DNA from: Octopus sinensis
Taxonomy: Eukaryota
Length of the DNA stretch: 64,000 nt
Reading direction: 5' to 3'
Assembly (NCBI RefSeq): GCF_006345805.1
Contig: NC_043004.1
Location: 66,030,001 to 66,094,000 of the forward strand
Shown here: positions 51,690-64,000 of the stretch, in pieces
Numbering within the stretch: position 1 is the stretch's first letter
Layout of the letters: each line of letters begins with the position of its first letter
Made by a program: the position numbers and the translations under genes
Notes under the pieces: model-generated
What the model was told of the DNA's origin: nothing
Database searches by the model: none
What the model saw: only the letters and a program-made list of their open reading frames with translations

Positions 51690-52249
51690 ACGTATATCTG
51701 AGTGAATATGTACCATTGTTAGTTGTTTATGTGAAATTGACGAGAGATCATTTGCGCTAACGCTAAGAAAATCAACTTAACAAATATGATATTAAAATTC
51801 AAAAAAATTGGAACCGGGCTCAAACTGAATGGTGGATATCATCTTTGGTAATTAAGTGTTTACTCAAAGATTTCCGTACATATTTACCTGTTATTAGACA
51901 TCCTCTCCGAAACAGCGTCTTACTATTGTTTTCTTATACATCGTTATGGCCAGAGTCTGTAAATTCTAAGTGAAAACACCAGTCATTAATTGGGCAATTA
52001 ATGGTATGGAAAATATTTCCCAGTGATTTCTTTTGCACGAAGATTATTGCAGCTGTTCACATAGCATTGACAAGAATTATAAATTAAACTATTTATTTTT
52101 GTTTACGATGTGGATGTAATTTATCATGGATTAAACGACCTTAGTCTCTTTTTAATACTAAACGCTTTCCTCATAAATGTCCATATTGTTATTCAATATG
52201 CTCCTCTCCCTATTTCCTCTTGGACTGAGACATCAGTGACACAACTTTG

Positions 52250-53115
52250 AGGACACGTGACTGGATAATGAAGAAAGTTGAGGCAGGATTAATTTGGTTT
52301 TGTTATTGTTTTGTGAAGGCATACCACTGCAGTAACTGCATAACGATAGATAAATGTGTGTCATTTATGAGTGAAATATCTTTGCGTGATGCTGTCTTTC
52401 TTCGGTGGGATAAATACTGCGTGAATCGGCTCATACTGACTGGGCAGCGACTGCATCAAACGCAAAGACATTAAGCATATTTCGAGGACATTTATGTCAG
52501 ATAAGGCCTTTCTATTACTATTATGGTAGTACTTGCAGTGCTATACTATTATGGCCGTACTTGCAGTATTACTAGCATGAATGACTTTAATAAACTGCTA
52601 ACGTGAACCGGAATACAATCTCACTAGAATTAAAGCTACAACTTTCTACTCAGAGTTGATAGGAATGAGTGCATCCATACTTATTGACGTGTTAAGTCAT
52701 GGTCGCACTGACGACTTGACAAGGGGCTCCACGAGTAGGGGGTGGGCTCCAATACTGATCTCGGCATGCTTTGTTTAACAGTCGAAAAATGAATACTATA
52801 CAGCCTAGTTCATTGATTTTCATGGACGTCAACAATGTTGCTAAGACAGTCCTGTGTGTAAAAGTAAGTATGCAATGATCTTGTGTTAGTTTTAACGATG
52901 AGGATACATCTGCTTCATCAGTCGAATTACTCGCCGGAGGATTTCGCATATAAGTGGGTGAGTGTTTCATTAAACTTGACGCCATCGTTTTAACGCTATT
53001 GCCGGCAAGAAGTAGCGGAAGAAAACAAGTTACTGGATTAGGCCATCGGAAAGCAGGTGCAATTAAATCCACCCGACGGATTTCTACTAAGCTTCTGTCT
53101 GCCGAAGTTTGCTCA
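52250..53115 (-). mobile_element. Probable pogo/Tigger transposase remnant (includes ORF 52692-53072)
   Basis: NSTDEADVSS (cf. NxDETGL), TQDHCILTF (cf. KDRxT), and downstream IHAVFIPPKKDSITQ (cf. VxFLPPNTTSxxQP). Confidence 0.35.
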
Positions 53116-55258
53116 AAATGTTAGGTCTGACTGAGGTACATGTAAAATACAGTTCTCCAAGTTCCCACACTGTGGGATAAAATCGACGCATGTGGATTGC
53201 AAAACAGGAATTCAAAGTTTACTGTGTACATACAAAGACATCGGAAGAGGGTAACGTCATAGAGAGAACAATTCCCAATTAAAAACAATATATAGAATAT
53301 ACGATGTATGTACATACATGCAGACAAACAAAACTACCCTGTTGTTGAAATTCCATTGAAGCAACCTTTATTCCAATGAAGGAACCATTATTGTACAAGA
53401 GCCAGTACAATAATGTAATGAATCCGTTATAAGTTTCTAAAGATATTAATATATTTTTCTTCTCGGCATAACGTAAATCCTTCTGCCAATTAAGAAAATA
53501 TTTAACTCCTGCTTGTACGTTACGAGAAAATATTCTCAGAAGACTCAAGTGTGAACTTATGCATTCAGTAACAACTTTCAGTCAGACACATTGGTGCTTC
53601 ATACACACGTTAATTACACTACTATACGGAAAATATAGTATTCATTAAAAGTTATATGTGAAATTATGTCATACAAAACAAAATATAAAAGTCAAGTTTC
53701 AGCAGTTTTCGCTTCTCACGTCATAAACTGAATTGAAGGTTTATTTAGGTATATTTGAAGGTTAAATATTGCCTAAGTAGACCATTGTTGAAACTATCAA
53801 CTTGCATCAGTGATGTTCGTTTTTACTCTTCTCTTGGGGTGGGAATTTAATTTATAATAGTTTCGTAGCTCGTTTATTATAGTAATTTAATTTTTGAAGA
53901 CAGTGGCCGCAGGAAGTCTTTTATAGAGTTGAATTAACATAATCAAGCCATTCCATGTTTAATCACTAAAATACCTGCTCTCTCTCTCTCTCTCTTTCTC
54001 TCCCACACATACTCTCTTTCCCTTTAAGTCAACCTGGTAAACACTTTTACTTTCCTGAGGAGATATAATATGCCTGAAACATATCTCGAAGTGTTACCTT
54101 ACTGCCATAGAGCAGCCACCCGAATACCTGGCCTAAATTCTATTTATAATAAGTTAAACTAAACCGTAGCCAATTAGATGTTTTTTTTTTCTTTTTACCT
54201 GACTATAAATGGCTATTACGTTAATGAATCTATCACCTCAAATATCGTGGAAATTCAATTCATTTTAATTACTTCACTCATTACATTAAATATGATAGAC
54301 CATCTATAGGCAACAAGTAAAATTTCGAAACGTTGATTATTTTATGTAAGAGCTGTTAGGTTAAACAATACTTGAAACAATAATCTTTATTTAAACTTCA
54401 TCGAAATTCACGCAGGGAAACCAAAACTGCAAGTATTACGATTACTGCAAACGTATGTTCTATTTTCTAATATGCAGCACAGCAAAATTTAATTTAAATG
54501 CAATATTGTTCTGTCGAAGAGAAATGAACACTTTCTGGAAGCGTCAGAAGTGAGAACTTCAAAATATATCAGGAAATAAACAAATATAAAATCAAATAAT
54601 AATATAACACGTTTTACCTTCTTTGCTGAACAATAAATTTGACACGTCTTAGCTTCTAGTTCTACCTTGTGTGGTTGACTGACTAACAAATTATATAAAC
54701 GTATGTAACACGTGTCATGTTTGCAAGAATAAATGACTGGTTGTGTGCTTCTTTTACACAAATTCACACACATGCACATAGGAACACGTACACGCACACA
54801 CACACAAACATATGTGTGGTGTATATATATATATATATATATACATATATATCTATATCTATCTATCTATCTATCTATCTCTCTCTCTATATATATATAT
54901 ATAGAGAGAGAGAAAGAAACAGAGAGAGAGACATATACACATATATGTATATTTTTATGTATATATATATATATATATATATTTATATAACTTATACAAA
55001 TGCATATATATGTATATATAAAATGCACCTAAAATATAAACATGTCGAAATAATTGACAGCATCTAATTTATGTCTTATACAATCCGAAAACACATTTTA
55101 TTCCGTTTTTTGACACTTTTTGTATCACTTAATGACGTAACACTCTTAGCATTCCGGGCTATAAAAGTAATAATAGACATTCCTATATGGATCAAATTAA
55201 TACACACATATATGTGTGTATATATGAATGGATGTATGTTTGTTTATTTATATTTGTA

Positions 55259-55306
<48 letters not shown>

Positions 55307-55616
55307 ATGCAAAAAAGGGTGGAATATAATTAATTTAATAAAATTAATAAATTTCACCTAGTAGATTTATCGGTATGGAAAAGACCATATTTGGTAAGGT
55401 TTATAATAATTATAATTAAGGGTTAATTGCAACAAGTTGCTCAAAATCACATACCGAAAATATTAGAAATAGCAGCCAATTGATCACTATTTCTCCTACA
55501 AATATAAAGTCTCCACGAACAAACAGAATTTGTTACCTGTATATGGCAAACAAGGAAGAAAATAACGAAATTCCAGCCTATGGATTACTTATAGACGAAT
55601 CGTTTCTGGATTAGAA

Positions 55617-55717
<101 letters not shown>

Positions 55718-55934
55718 GTGTGTGTGTGTGTATACATGCTTGTGTCTGTATGTGTTTGCTTATGTATGCGTGATTCATGTATACATTATCTATATAAATG
55801 CATTTGCGTGGGACTTGGTGCTTTCCTCAATTTTAATCTGTATTTTATTACAATATCTATACTATGGCTGATTTTACGCTAAAGTACAAAGGTACGTAAG
55901 CTTCGGAAATTATTCTTCACATGTTACATACTCC

Positions 55935-56137
55935 TTACTCTTTTACTTGTTTCAGTCATGTGACTGTGGCTATGCTGGAGCACCGCCTTAGTCGATCATA
56001 TCAAGCCCAGGACTTGTTGTTTGTAAGCCTGGTACTTATTTTATTGGTCTCTTTTTGCCGAACCGCTAAGTTACGGGGACGTAAACACACCAGCATCGGT
56101 TGTCAAGCCATGTTGGGGGCACAAACAGAGACACACA

Positions 56138-56199
<62 letters not shown>

Positions 56200-56368
56200 C
56201 ATATATACGACGGGCTTCCTTCAATTTCCGTCTACCAAATCCACTCACAATGCTTTGGTCGGCCCGAGGCTATAGTAGAAGACACTTACCCAAGGTGCCA
56301 CGCAGTGGGACTGAACCCGGAACAATGTGGTTCGTAAGCAAGCTACTTACCACACAGCCATTCTTGCG
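55935..56368 (-). mobile_element. tRNA-derived SINE (family A), near full length
   Basis: Reverse complement from tail CTCTTTTACTTGTTTCAGTC to head CTACTTACCACACAGCCA...GCGCC. Confidence 0.9.
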
Positions 56369-56449
56369 CCTTATGTTTCAAATTATTCATTCAAATATTC
56401 TGCAATTATTTGCTGATGCGCCTGATATTTCTCTCATTTTTTATCATTT

Positions 56450-57300
56450 TCAAATAAAACTTCCACCCACCGCAATTTCCATCAATATTTAACGTTGATA
56501 TGCAATTTATAAAATTTCAAAATTAATTCTCACTATTTAGTTTGTTGAAATATTTGATATCACAACGTTGATATCAATGTGGTGTAACCTTTTAATTATT
56601 CACCCTTATATCCATGCCATTTGAACAGCCCTATGATGAAAAACGCTGCGGTTGTGGCCATTCAGACAGTCCTTTATAATTCTGCGTATTTAATGATGCA
56701 AGTAGGATTGAAGACAGATATACCTTTTATGTGTATCCCAAAATTGCCAATATATCATTATTCAATATTCACAGCAGCAAATCTTATTACTTTTTAAACG
56801 TTGTCTATTGCACCTAATGCGGTTCATCTTTTGTTCTAAACAAAGCGCCATATTCCATGAACTCACGTTTTCGTGTAACAACTGCTGTTTCAGATTTCAT
56901 ATATTCATATAGAACTGCTTTCTCGCGTTTGTTTCACTATAAACATATTGCGCAGACTTCATTCATCTATCCCCATTTCCTGGATGTTCTTTCTTGCCTG
57001 ATAAGTAAAAGATTCATCCATTATTTTCATTGTGCTTATAACGTTTCCCTCTTAACCCAAGTGTTGTGAAAATAACTTCATCCACCAAAATGTATTTACC
57101 AAAATTTATTTCCCTGTGTTGTCCTTTCGGTCTGTATCAACACTGGTGAAGCAAACTTACGATAAAATCCTTTCAGCCATACCCATCTATTTCTGTATAT
57201 GGTTTTTGATTATATTATTAGATATGATTAGATTATCCAATGTTGGTTTCTCGGAATTTTTGTCAGGCGGTGGACTGGAAACGTCTCTATGAAATTGTAT
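56450..57300 (-). mobile_element. Highly decayed LINE RT remnant (Dong/R4- or RTE-like)
   Basis: Frameshifted traces resembling QGDxLSPxxFIIxL near 56620-56690; weak. Confidence 0.25.
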
Positions 57301-58322
57301 GCACATGTACTCATTACATTACATATGATTATATTGATGGGGTTAATGTAATCACTTCCAGAAACTTTTGGCTTTCTATGAACGTCTAAAACTTATCATA
57401 AAGACATTATTTTTGCATTCACTCATCAGATGTCCACAATTTAAATTTTAAGGGTTGTCATCGTTTCACAAGATAGCAAACACCTAAGATGTATCTAAGG
57501 TATAATTTGCAGTAAATGTTTGAACTGAGTGAAGTTGCAACTTCATGAGTAATCATTAGATTTAAATGAAATAAGCTTTACGTTGAAACTAATCAAATGT
57601 GCGACTACTCGTCCGCGTGGCCAATACTGTAAGCATTAGGTTTGCGTCGCGAGGTATAACTTCACAGAGTAATAGTTTGGGAAAGAAAAGATGAATGAAT
57701 ATGACAGAGGTAATGTAAATGAAGATTTGTGGATGGGCAGCAGATAAAGGGAAGGGAAAGTTGAAAAAAGACACAATATTAGAAAGGAGAAATCATTAAC
57801 AGAAAGGGAAACATTTAAATGAAAACATCGCAACGCCAGACTTTTAAGCATACATGCAGTGAATGATAGGAGATAACTAGGAATTAACAATAAGGTCTAC
57901 ATGGAAATTACTAAAGTATGTGTAAAGAATAAACGAAAGTAACGAGAGTATGAATGAAGCGGTTATCGTATAATGGAAACAAGTATATATTAAAAAAAGC
58001 AATAACGTTAATTCTGACAAAATGTGATAACACTAATTGAGACTCTTTAAAAGAAACGGTTATAAAAACCTAATCATGTCGAAACACCTGCATCCCTGAA
58101 TACCTTGCTATAATGAATCGAGTGTGTTAGGAAGACATTCGTTGTAAATGAATTGTATTCTGTGATGAACAGAGAGTAACATAGTAACTGCCGGAAAGTA
58201 TTACTAATAAATGTGCAAATCTTCGTTCGTAATAATTATAGTTGTATAGGTTACAAATGTTTGTTGTACAGTACTGATTAGTAAGGTTCTAGTGGAAAAT
58301 GCGATAGTAAAAGTGGTGACAT

Positions 58323-58722
58323 GGCGGTGACCTGGCAGAAACGTTAGCGCGCCGGGCGAAATGCTTAGCGGTATTCCGTTTGCCATTACGTTCTGAGTTC
58401 AAATTCCGCCGAGGTCGACTTTGCCTTTCATCCTTTCGGGGTCGATAAATTAAGTACCAGTTACGCACTGGGGTCGATATAATCGATTTAATCCGTTTGT
58501 CTGTCCTTGTTTGTCCTCTCTGTGTTTAGCCCCTTGTGGGTAATAAAGAAATAGGTATTTCGTCTGTCTTCACATTCTAAGTTTAAATTCCGCCGATGTT
58601 GACTTTCGTTTTCATCCTTGCGGGGTTGATAAATTAAGTACCACTTGCGTACTGGGCTCGATCTAATCGACTGGTTCTCTGCCCAAAAATGTCGAGCCCT
58701 GCACCTTGAGTAGAAAAAGAAT
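58323..58722 (+). mobile_element. Dimeric family C (Deu/Nin-like) SINE
   Basis: GGCGGTGACCTGGCAGAAACGTTAGC...; second module starts after AAAGAAATAGGTATTTCGTCTG, exactly as at 1858-2237. Confidence 0.88.
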
Positions 58723-59486
58723 AACATAGCAAATCAAGCAGATTTGTGAAGAGTTAGAGGAAGGGGGGAGATTTAGTGAATTTGTATACGTAAAACTTGA
58801 AATTTTTCATGGAAGCACTTTCACATTTGCGTATTTAAAGACAACTCAAATTAATTGTAGAAGACTGTATGGCTGCAATTGAGATTTCAAATCTAGGTTG
58901 GAAGAGACGAAGTATATTTTCAGTAAATGTCTTTAAAAGAAATAGGTAGGTGTCAGATATGTCTGCTTTTGAACGAATTAACAATACACTACAACCTCAT
59001 TCTCCGTTTAAGACATACAAGATCAAATAATATCGTGAATATCTCTTAGTGACACTACTCAACTATTTTCTCCAATTCGATAACAGCCCGTCAATAAACG
59101 CTGGAATATACCGAATGAGTATATTCAAATGTCAAATGTGTCAGTGATTTAAATAGTGATTTGAATGTTTTCTTGACAGGGTTTGAAATCTATACATATG
59201 TAACGATTATTTGATTATGCAACAAGTAAAACGCATGTTCTGTGTCAATTAAATAGATAGATTCAATAGGTTCACTTCGTGAGAAGAGGGTTACTTTACA
59301 TAAAACAAGAAGGCAAGCAGTTGTTCTTTGATTTAGTCCCACGATAAGGCATTTTCAGCATGTGTTTTCTACTATAGCACCAGGGAGACTAAAGCCGTGT
59401 ACGTTTACTTGCTAACCGAAAACTGGGACAGCACGTAGTACACACATACAGACACACAAACACAAACAAACACACACACATTCACA

Positions 59487-59522
<36 letters not shown>

Positions 59523-60139
59523 TGTGCATATGTGTATGTCTGTTTCTGCGCTCTATTTCTTCACGATCGTCGCATGAAAACAGACGTTGGTTGACGTGAA
59601 TTATCCGATTAAATTCTTCACACCAGTGCCCCAGCCCGACCGTACAACAGAGCCTGCGTGTATTTCAACGTGTGTGAGACAGAAATAGTTTAATTGCTTT
59701 ATTCAAAGACATACAGGCTAAAGTTTTTGTAGGTATAAATTCCTCACATCTTACATGCTTTAAAACATCACTTGAGGCATCGGTATGCACATACAGTCTA
59801 AATCACGCTCAGATCTACGCACATACACACTTTACATACCAATTTATATCTGCGCAGCAAAATGCAGCCGTGTCTACAATAACTTTTATACATATTGTAC
59901 TAACTTGTCAATATGTCTGACATATTGCAGGTACAAATGCAAGACAGACGAATCAAATGTGTCTTTCTTATAGTATAGATTGCACGAGCATATCGATCAC
60001 GATATCTCACTTAGTGAACTTGGTCGTGACATTATTGACATTAGATTTTCTCAGGCTCTTATTTGAAGCAAATATCAGTTATTTAATGTGTATTTTCACA
60101 CTGTTCAAGATGTAAATATATCATCTATCTATTATCTTA

Positions 60140-60173
<34 letters not shown>

Positions 60174-60871
60174 GTATATATATATATATATATATCAGCC
60201 TCTAAGCCTCTATGTATGCTGATCTGTATACCTACCTATCCATCGCCATATATCTCTATATATGTGTGTGTGTGTGTTTGTATGTGTGTGCGAGATTATG
60301 CATATACGCATATATATACTATGGTACATATATCCTTACATGATTATAAGTATGCACAGGCGCCTATGGAAAAGAGCGACACACACAGATCTTTTTTAAT
60401 AATAGATATAATTTTTTATTTTTTAATAATATATGCTCCATTTAAAGCGACTTAACCTAAGCAATTGTCCGCAAAAACATGGATCGAACTACGGGGATTT
60501 CAACACAACATCAATACTTACATGGCTCCGTTCGTACCAATTTCAGCCACATAGGCCCCACCATCAATTCAATTTCAGCCGATTGTATCGATAATTTTAG
60601 TCTAGTATATACATTTATAGATTTGTGAACATACCTGAAGGCTGTAAATTATATATATATATATATATATTTACATATATATATAAAAGCACAGTTGCAG
60701 CTTTGTGGTTAGAAAACTATTTCTAGACAACATTGTTGTGGATTCAGTCCCACTGCGATGGCAACTGCGGAAAACTTATTACAAGACAACCATGGACTGA
60801 TAAAATTCTTGTTTATCTGTTACTCGGAAACCGAAAGGTGCCTGTCCTATATATGTATATGCATATGTATG

Positions 60872-60932
<61 letters not shown>

Positions 60933-60976
60933 TATGTATATATATTTATATGTATATGTATATATATTTATATATG

Positions 60977-61039
<63 letters not shown>

Positions 61040-61081
61040 GTATATGTATCTATCTATCTATGTGCATACACCCCCCGTACG

Positions 61082-61129
<48 letters not shown>

Positions 61130-61132
<3 letters not shown>

Positions 61133-61290
61133 TCTCCTCGTTCCTTTCTGCGTTCCCTCTGTGGGAGAGCGTAAGCTCGAAACGTTGAAGACTTTTTCAC
61201 TTCCCGAGCGTTAGACTAATACAGCTGTTTGTTGTCTACACCACCTGTCTTCATCTTTTGTTTTTTTTTTTGTAAATTTTCTTCCATATC
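61130..61290 (+). mobile_element. Penelope-type terminal fragment with degenerate hammerhead
   Basis: CTGTGGG-A-GAGC-GTAA-GCTC-GAAACGTT: GNRA-capped helix II and GAAAC; core mutated. Confidence 0.45.
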
Positions 61291-61304
61291 TATCTATATA
61301 GATA

Positions 61305-61442
<138 letters not shown>

Positions 61443-62317
61443 CATATAATACACGCATACATGCTCACACTCTCTCACATACTTTCATACGTATATGTGT
61501 GCGTGCTTGCAGATGTGTTTACGTGCATGTTCTATTATGTCTATTTCGTTTATTTACGGATCTACGTCATAATTCAGTATTTTTCCTAGACTTAGTTTCT
61601 TCGTTGAAGTCAGAGAATATTGCAAATGATGTCATTATTCTTGGCATATGACTTACTGGAATTACAAATGCCTCTAAATATCATTACAGAAGCTCAATGT
61701 CAAAAAAATAAGATATCTCTGAAACTGTGTACTCGGAGTGACTCCTGATACAAAAGTACAAATACAACGACATAAAATGATACATGGTCATATACAATCG
61801 GAAATGCCGGTGGTGATGGTTATTCTCTGCTTTCAATCAAATCGATCTCACTAAATCATGTTTGTCAGGTAAATTCATAAACTGTATACTTCCTTCACAT
61901 TTGATACGAGATTGAGTCTCTATTCATATTTAATCTTCAGATACCTGTCCAATATTTATAAAGGATCGTTATACATTTTGGTACAGACGTCATGTTTTAC
62001 CGATTACATATTTATATATTTTTATACATTTATTTCGCTCTAATTCTACGTTATTTTTACTAAGTCACTTTTGTATGATATTTATTTTATGATACAGCAT
62101 CAACCCATTTCACATCAGTGCTATTTACTTAAAACTTATACCCGTCTCTATAATCTTGTTATTATTTTTTCCTTCTTGGGTTGTCTCTGGCATGTTTTTT
62201 TTCCTATCGCACAACTCTTTACATATTTATTGGTTCATTACACGTCCTATTCATATCCTAGTGGACATCAATCTCTCTGCTTCTCTTTGACTGCATATGA
62301 GTGTATCTCTCTATGCA

Positions 62318-62354
<37 letters not shown>

Positions 62355-62954
62355 TCACGCATATATACAAATATACGCTTATACACGAATACATATGTGT
62401 ATGTATATATATATATATACGTATATATATACGTATACGTATATATATACGTATATATATATACGTATATATATACGCTATATATATACGTATATACGTA
62501 TCGTATCTTTGTATATATGCGTGAGTATCTATATATATATATGTATGTACATATGCAGAATTATATTCATGTATAAAGTGTATGCATATGCCCATATAGG
62601 TGTGTATATGGGTTTCCTTATGTGCTTGCATGTATGTATATATTTATTTAATACATATATACACATATATATATATATATATAAATATAATATGTGTGTG
62701 CGGATGTATAAATATATATACTATTCATACACAACACACACACACACACACACATACACTAATTTATACGATTTTGTTCTCGTTATTCAGGGCAAATTTC
62801 CCTGTATTCTGCCGAAATTCTTGCAAGTCATCAGAATCTTTGCAAATGTATCTTTCTTGCTTTTTTCTAATCTGTTTCCATCCTTCTCCTCTTCCTGCTG
62901 TCCTTCCTCCCCTCTTTTTTTCTTCTCTGCCTCTCGACCTCCATTACTCAAGAA

Positions 62955-63470
62955 TTCTTTTCTTCTTCTTCTTCTTCTTCTTCTTCTTCTTCTTCTTCTT
63001 CTTCTTCTTCTTCTTCTTCTTCTTCTTTTCTTCTTCTTCTTCTTCTTCTTTCTTCTTCTTCTTCTTCTTCTTCTTCTCTTATTCTTCTTTTTTCTTCTTC
63101 TTTTTTTCTTCTTCTTTTTTCTTCTTCTTCTTCTTCTTCTTCTTCTTCTTTTCTTCTTCTTTTCTTCTTTTGTTCTCTTCCTTCTCTTCTTCTTCTTCTT
63201 CTTCCTCCTCCTCCTTTCTTCTTCTCTTCTCCTTCTCCTCTTCTTTCTTGTCCTTGTTCTTGTTCTTGTTGTTGTTGTTCTTCTTCTTTTTCTTCTTCTT
63301 TTTCTCCTTCTTGCTCTTCTTCTTGCTCTTCTTCTTGCTCTTCTTCTTCTTCTTCTTCTTCTCCCCCTCCTCCACTTCTTTTTTCCTGTTCTTCTTGTTT
63401 TGTTCTTCTTGTTGTTGTTCTTCTTCTTCATCTTCTAGACGATGCTATTGTTGTTGTTGTTGTTGTTATC
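62955..63470. repeat. Long degenerate (CTT)n/(TTG)n tract
   Basis: Direct observation; explains the 455, 292 and 214 aa ORFs. Confidence 0.95.
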
Positions 63471-63864
63471 ATTATTAATATAGTGTCCTATCAATGGAGA
63501 CTAGTAGACTAGATCTGGTCTCGTACGACCATTTTTTTAAAACAATTTTCTCCATTTTCTATTCGACATTCATCGCTGTTACTTGTAATTTAACAAGCGA
63601 ATGTACAAATCTTTTTCCTAAACAAAATCCTTCACTAGATCTCGAAGCTTTAGTATTTCATTCAGCCCTCCCCTGTTTTCTTCTTATAATTGTTCTTGTT
63701 GACAATAGTGGTACTAATACTTATTCCGTTTAGTGACGTTGTATTCATAAAGACATTATCTATGTTTATATACAGTGTCCTGATAAGATATTATCGAATA
63801 CATACTCTTTCTTACTATGAATATTTAATAGAATAAATCTATAAATTTGAACCTATTCTTTCCC

Positions 63865-64000
63865 TACAAGTTGAAAAATATTGGTTTCTAATTTTGGCAC
63901 AAAACCAACAATTTCGGGGGAGACGCTAAATCGATTAACTCGACCCCAGTGCTCAACTGGTACTTATTTTATACGTCCCCGAGGGGATAAAAAAGCAAAG
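63865..64000 (-). mobile_element. Family C SINE 3' part, cut by the window edge
   Basis: TTTCTAATTTTGGCACAA..TCGACCCCAGTGCTCAACTGGTACTTATTTTAT..CCCCGA..GGAT.AAA.GCAAAG. Confidence 0.7.

Noticed and set aside
51889-51958. 69-nt AG/GT-bounded segment on the minus strand
   Set aside because: All three frames contain stops, and the plus strand has a GAAAC-AGC-GTC hammerhead-like remnant suggesting PLE origin.
62071-63478. Longest ORFs in the track (455, 292 and 214 aa)
   Set aside because: Translations of (TA)n, (CA)n and (CTT)n microsatellites; poly-L/F/S/K/R with no domain.

Overview
AT-rich, repeat-saturated eukaryotic DNA, most consistent with a coleoid cephalopod (Octopus-like) intergenic or deep-intronic region. 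This is inferred from the SINE families and the density of (TA)n/(CA)n/(TAA)n/(CTT)n tracts. I cannot support any intact host protein-coding gene, tRNA, rRNA or CRISPR array; most ORFs in the track are microsatellite translations. The window holds about 20 tRNA-derived SINEs of three families, two Penelope-like elements (PLEs) with recognisable RT and GIY-YIG coding, and decayed Tc1/mariner, pogo, PIF/Harbinger, RTE and Dong/R4-like remnants. Two structures stand out. (1) Hammerhead-ribozyme-bearing PLE termini recur as inverted repeats. The best case is a young 3.15-kb element (48355-51506) with ~800-bp near-identical inverted arms, each carrying an intact type I hammerhead core, plus a 158-bp mini-copy at 25519-25676 that shares both breakpoints. 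(2) A higher-order (AB)2 array of a fixed-length 546-bp element sits inside a (TAA)n microsatellite (39021-41456). Protein-family assignments are by-eye motif matches, not database results.
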